From: an uncultured Pirellulales bacterium
Lineage (GTDB): Bacteria; Planctomycetota; Phycisphaerae; Sedimentisphaerales; Anaerobacaceae
Length of the DNA: 40,022 nucleotides
Assembly (NCBI GenBank): GCA_964582985.1
Contig: CAZOUM010000024.1
Location: 1-40,022 of the forward strand
Direction of reading: 5' to 3'
Part shown: positions 37,401 through 40,022 of the stretch, piece after piece
Layout: each line of letters starts with the position of its first letter
Numbering within the stretch: the first letter of the stretch is position 1
Translations under genes and position numbers: made by a program
Notes under the pieces: model-generated
Database searches by the model: none
Seen by the model: only the letters and a program-made list of their open reading frames with translations
Told to the model about the DNA's origin: nothing

Positions 37401-37522
37401 CTGCCGAAAAAACCCGAATCCAACGCCAAATCAACACCACCGACTCTGCAATCGACAAACTCGTTTATGAATTGTATGACCTAACAAAAGAAGAAATAGC
37501 AATCGTGGAGGGCAAAAAATAA
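34466..37522 (+). CDS. Type IIG restriction-modification enzyme: N-terminal PD-(D/E)xK endonuclease + N6-adenine DNA methyltransferase (Eco57I/TaqII-like), 1018 aa
   Basis: The N-terminus has the HsdR_N-like motif ..FIDPFFHALGWDV.. and APDYCFRIGETRKFFLEAKKP (PD..ExK). MTase motif I is ILDPACGSGSFLLG and motif IV is VIGNPPYIRIQR (NPPY, gamma-class, Eco57I-like). C-terminal tail ..IDKLVYELYDLTKEEIAIVEGKK. About 48% GC, lower than the backbone. Confidence 0.85.
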   Translation: MANVPIRVIELVETFDRNIEAYKNQQYKEAQLCREFIDPFFHALGWDVANEKGYAPAYKDVIHEDAIKIGGYTKAPDYCFRIGETRKFFLEAKKPSIDIKGDPHPAYQLRRYAWSAKLPLSILTDFEEFAVYDCQIRPKQTDKSGTARIMYYTYKDYIDNWDKIETIFSKDAIKKGSFDKFAAATKGKRGTATVDKEFLAEIEKWREMLARTITIKNISLSRDEINFAVQRTIDRILFLRMCEDRGIERYQQLLGVTNGRQIYPRLCQLFRQADAKYNSGLFHFRHEKGRAEGPDELTLTLVIDDTQLGWILRSLYYPGCPYEFSVLPAEILGNVYEQFLGKVIRITPGHQAKIEEKPKVKKAGGVYYTPSYIVDYIVKNTVGKLCEGKDPKQISKLKILDPACGSGSFLLGAYTYLLNYHRDWYVQNNPKKHTKQIYQGKGAQWFLTIAEKKRILLSNIFGVDIDSQAVEVTKLSLLLKVLEGETSETIGQTYRMFHERALPDLGNNIKCGNSLIGHDFFDDYQRLAPAPVAGGSHETTIPNDLYQKINPFDWEAEFPQIFSGKNLGFDAVIGNPPYIRIQRIGHEESDYLFAKYKTPASKTDLSQLFLERSLILANKTAIIGFICTSQWIATDYGKNMRRVLSNGVLHEIVDFGSLPVFQKASTYPAIFILSPSRAKSLRIKKITSPNQLNLSKIEQICPRQINLENLSEKPWNLAKLDIPQTLDSHGVVWEPLQAFGNTYIGVLTGMDAAFVLPKSDTNRLGLEDEILLPYAYKGKEVVRYQTVTPSSVVIYPYTQAPDGSPVLIPENDLRRRCPYIFKYLVAQKSKLCQRKDSRRLYATGSHWYRHLRPGSFKYIMPKKLIIKGIDKRTVVGLLDQQTCFNGANCPAIILDKDQRHLELYILGIMNSKLVSFHLRSICPSKLSGYTRFNAKSINGTPIRTIDFDSPQDKARHDKMVKLVERMLDLNKKLAAAKVPAEKTRIQRQINTTDSAIDKLVYELYDLTKEEIAIVEGKK

Positions 37523-38223
37523 TGATCGCCAACCTAACGGAAAACTTGGCTTTAATCGCGGCTATTGCCGCCTTGGGTGCATGGTGGGTTTCATGGCGGG
37601 AAGCTCACCGCAACAATACGGTTATTCTGAAGCTAAAGAGGTTTAGCTCATCGTTTACTCAGGATCGAGCAGGGGCATCCTACAAACTGGAAGTCTGCAT
37701 CGTCAACCGGGGAATTCAATTGCAAAATATCTTAATGTCCCTGTGGTTTCATGGTCAGGGGAGGTCGGGCAACGTTTCTATACCTATCCCACCGTCTGAA
37801 TATAGCAAAGGCGTATCCTCGACTTTTCTCAGAGGTACGACCGCAAGCTTCCTGCTGTCTGCATCCGACAAAAAGACCTCCAATTTTCTTTTAATACTTC
37901 GCGATATCAAGGAACAGCGACCCGTCATCAACCTATACAATAATTCGTTCTGGGCCTGTTCATTCCCCATTTACAGCCGATGGGACCGGCTCAAAAAGTT
38001 ATGGAACAGATTGTCGTTTAAATTCAGTTTCAACCGTCGTGTGGGTGATGGCTGCAATGGCAAAGGGGTGTTTAAATCCTACCAACTACCCTACTTCGAG
38101 ATACGATCAGAGAAATTGCAGTTCTTCCTAAATGGACTCTCCCAAAGCAATATTGACGATGCACAAACAACTTGCCGCCACAATGTCGAAGGTCCTGTAG
38201 AATCTCCTCCAGCGACAAATTGA
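37522..38223 (+). CDS. hypothetical N-terminally membrane-anchored protein (233 aa), translationally coupled to the RM gene
   Basis: The start codon overlaps the RM stop codon (TAATG). N-terminal TM segment LALIAAIAALGAWWVSW. No recognisable domain. Confidence 0.55.
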   Translation: MIANLTENLALIAAIAALGAWWVSWREAHRNNTVILKLKRFSSSFTQDRAGASYKLEVCIVNRGIQLQNILMSLWFHGQGRSGNVSIPIPPSEYSKGVSSTFLRGTTASFLLSASDKKTSNFLLILRDIKEQRPVINLYNNSFWACSFPIYSRWDRLKKLWNRLSFKFSFNRRVGDGCNGKGVFKSYQLPYFEIRSEKLQFFLNGLSQSNIDDAQTTCRHNVEGPVESPPATN

Positions 38224-38320
38224 CCAGATGGTCTACAAACTCTACGGCCTGACCGACGAAGAAATCGCCATCGTAGAAGGTGAGGATAAACAATAAGCCC
38301 GAAATCAAAGGAGTGAAAAA

Positions 38321-39238
38321 ATGAAGAGACTGCTATATCTTATTTTTGTTCTGTTTTTGGTTAGTTGTGCTTCTATAGAAGAGGCAGAAAAAGCCGACAA
38401 CAGCTACCGCCCAAAGCAGGCAACAAATAAAATCATTCACAGAGCATGGAAGGGAGTAGCAATGCCACCCATAGATCCAATACATTTGTCGACCACACTT
38501 ATTAGCAGATATCTTGATAAAGAATCCAAAGGTAATGCAACAGGTTTTTTCTTTCAGAGCGAACAGGGCTCCATATATCTTGTGACTAATAAACACGTTA
38601 TTTACGGGGATAATTTTTATAAGGATGAGGCGGTACCGGAAATAGATAAAATAGATATAACTCTTCACGTCAACAGGAATGATCTATCACAAAACAAGAC
38701 AATAACAATTGGTCTGTTTAAGAAGGAAAATAGGCTATGGAGGGAGCACTCCAGGAAAGATATTGACATAGTATGTATACCTCTTGACTTGGACAGAAAT
38801 AAGTATCTTTTCGCTTTGGCGGACGAAAGTCTTTTAGATGCTTCCAATATAAAAATAGGTTTTGAGAAAATATTCGTGATGGGTTACCCATACGGCTGGC
38901 ATGATTCCCTGCACAATCTCCCTATTACAAGAATTGGCCATCTATCAAGCCCATTTGGAGTGCCTTTTCACGGATACCCTTTTATGCTTGGAGATGTGGA
39001 AACACACCCAGGAATGAGCGGTAGTCCTGTATTTATGCATCTCGTTGATTATGTAACTGTCGATAAGGACAAATCAACTCGGCACATGGGTCAGTCTAAA
39101 ATTATTTTACTTGGAGTTTTTTCTGGTCAGCCTTTATGGGAAATAAAAAATAAGAAGACGAACGAAACCATTACGATCCCTCACTCATTAAGTATAATTT
39201 GGTTTGGTGACTTAATAAAAGAGATAATTGGGGAATAA
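38321..39238 (+). CDS. trypsin-like (S1/chymotrypsin-fold) serine peptidase lipoprotein
   Basis: RBS AAAGGAG 38306-38312. Lipobox LFLVSCAS. The catalytic triad context is LVTNKHVI (His), DIDIVCIPLD (Asp) and GMSGSPVF (Ser, GDSGGP-like). About 36% GC. Confidence 0.65.
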   Translation: MKRLLYLIFVLFLVSCASIEEAEKADNSYRPKQATNKIIHRAWKGVAMPPIDPIHLSTTLISRYLDKESKGNATGFFFQSEQGSIYLVTNKHVIYGDNFYKDEAVPEIDKIDITLHVNRNDLSQNKTITIGLFKKENRLWREHSRKDIDIVCIPLDLDRNKYLFALADESLLDASNIKIGFEKIFVMGYPYGWHDSLHNLPITRIGHLSSPFGVPFHGYPFMLGDVETHPGMSGSPVFMHLVDYVTVDKDKSTRHMGQSKIILLGVFSGQPLWEIKNKKTNETITIPHSLSIIWFGDLIKEIIGE

Positions 39239-39265
39239 AGAAACAAACGGTTTGGGAGAATTGAT

Positions 39266-39625
39266 GTGAAATCAACTATAATCATATCGATTATATGGCT
39301 GGTTTTTACTTTTATCTTTGTGAAGCTTGGACGCTCACACTGGGAGCAATCAAAACGGGTGATACCAAAACTTGAAGTTAAAAAGCTTTTAGGTGGTGGC
39401 AGTGATATTACAAAGGGCGGGGTATCTATAGAAAAACCTTTTCAAGATTTCGCAAATGAGTTTAACAACAATTATCTTGAACAGCAGAATAAGTCAAATT
39501 TTGAAGCAAACCGCAATGCAGCTTTCGGCTATTTTGTTGCTTCACTTACTTCCTTGTTTGCGGTGGTGCTTGAATGGGTATCCTATATATCTAAGCGAAA
39601 AAGCCGAATATTACAAAAAAACTGA
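39266..39625 (+). CDS. small two-TM membrane protein (119 aa), hypothetical
   Basis: N-terminal TM IIISIIWLVFTFIFV and C-terminal TM FGYFVASLTSLFAVVLEWV. AT-rich. Copy 3 of the RM tail module follows immediately. Confidence 0.4.
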   Translation: MKSTIIISIIWLVFTFIFVKLGRSHWEQSKRVIPKLEVKKLLGGGSDITKGGVSIEKPFQDFANEFNNNYLEQQNKSNFEANRNAAFGYFVASLTSLFAVVLEWVSYISKRKSRILQKN

Positions 39626-39821
39626 CCAGATGGTCTACAAACTCTACGACCTATCCGAAGAAGAAAGAGATATTGTGAAAGGACATATTTAAGTAGAATG
39701 ACGAAGCAATCACCGCCCACGACGGCTGGCCAGTAAAATAGGGCCCAAAAAAATCCTTGTTCTTTGCTGCTCAAATCCACAAAAGAGTCTCATTTCCCAC
39801 TTGATATTTGATAGTAGTTGA

Positions 39822-39845
39822 GTTAAGTATGTACGCACATACTTA
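39822..39845. promoter_or_regulatory. perfect 10-bp inverted repeat TTAAGTATGT-ACGC-ACATACTTAA (operator-like palindrome)
   Basis: Exact palindrome in the AT-rich intergenic region at the window end. Function unknown. Confidence 0.25.
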
Positions 39846-40022
39846 ATTACTTAATCACTTTATATGGACCTGCGAAATTTATGCCTAAGGTACTTGTGCC
39901 CAAGGTATCCGTGGTTAATAAATTCTTTCAGTCAGCTTCAAAATAGTTGCATTAAACAAAATGCGACTGTGGACGCAGGCAAAAATTTGTGACAAAGCTG
40001 GCTTTGGGAGCAAAATTTGCCG

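Larger units (their letters stand above)
37424..39692 (+). repeat. three nested copies of the RM C-terminal tail module (RQI..D(K/Q)(L/M)VY(E/K)LY(D/G)L(T/S)xEE(I/R)..(V/I)..G): copy 1 = true gene end 37424-37522; copy 2 = 38213-38296; copy 3 = 39624-39692
   Basis: Copy 2 translates RQIDQMVYKLYGLTDEEIAIVEGEDKQ* in the +1 frame across the stop of the 233-aa ORF. Copy 3 gives (KKT)DQMVYKLYDLSEEERDIVKGHI*. Copies 2 and 3 share an identical 26-nt core TGACCAGATGGTCTACAAACTCTACG (38221-38246 and 39623-39648). Copy 1 encodes the same peptide with different codons. Confidence 0.75.

Noticed and set aside
39456-39692. 78-aa ORF whose C-terminus is RM tail copy 3
   Set aside because: Its N-terminal two-thirds overlap the better-supported 119-aa membrane protein gene in another frame. 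Only the last ~23 codons (the displaced RM tail remnant) are meaningful, and they are not an independent gene.
1-40022. CRISPR arrays, integrase or recombinase genes, reverse transcriptases, toxin-antitoxin pairs
   Set aside because: I looked for regularly spaced direct repeats and for tyrosine/serine recombinase or RT motifs near the RM cassette scars and the xth scar. None were found in this window.

Overview
The 40 kb window has a 50-57% GC backbone with several AT-richer islands. The coding style (many secreted LamG / beta-helix / dockerin-like proteins, Gfo/Idh/MocA oxidoreductases with TAT signals) suggests a Planctomycetes/PVC-like genome; this is inference, not proof. About 35 genes are supportable, and the order below is left to right. 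An IS1380-like transposase N-terminal remnant lies in the divergent intergenic region at 1682-1909, upstream of the Gfo/Idh/MocA operon. A probable operon runs 2012-7329: two Gfo/Idh/MocA dehydrogenases (one TAT-exported), an NRAMP-like transporter and a URO-D-family protein. Next come tRNA-Gln(CUG), an M48 peptidase and a flotillin-like SPFH protein. The flotillin gene is preceded by a textbook sigma70 promoter and a 39-aa acidic P/Q/E-repeat ORF. Two tandem paralogous secreted beta-helix proteins share a duplicated 5' module (5'UTR plus first 55 codons). They are followed by an ENxGW-repeat protein with a dockerin/EF-hand-like tail. Exonuclease III (xth) has a displaced ancient copy of its own 3' end about 0.9 kb downstream. 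An entericidin-like lipopeptide and a GT4/(alpha/alpha)6 fusion glycosyltransferase follow. A biosynthetic cluster comprises an Rrf2 (CymR/IscR-like) regulator, cysK, cysE and nadA. An AT-rich two-lobed retropepsin-like aspartic protease lipoprotein is inserted after nadA, and nifU-nifS follow it. Then come a large GT-C-like membrane protein, a 781-aa triple-LamG secreted protein flanked by an imperfect ~60-nt direct repeat, a class I methyltransferase and a methyltransferase-GT2 fusion. The most unusual locus is at the AT-rich right end. A single-polypeptide Type IIG restriction-modification enzyme (PD-ExK + N6-adenine MTase, Eco57I-like) is followed by three nested copies of its own C-terminal tail (..DxxVYxLYxLxxEE..). 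Each copy bounds a small cargo: a translationally coupled TM protein, then a trypsin-like lipoprotein protease plus a small two-TM protein. This pattern suggests iterative 3'-end-restoring cassette insertion that may have built an RM-linked accessory (possibly defence) module. Candidate non-coding elements include a roughly 110-nt structured RNA with a consensus promoter and intrinsic terminator (11493-11603), and a cluster of perfect palindromes with alternative pairings (28940-29095). No CRISPR array or integrase gene was seen.
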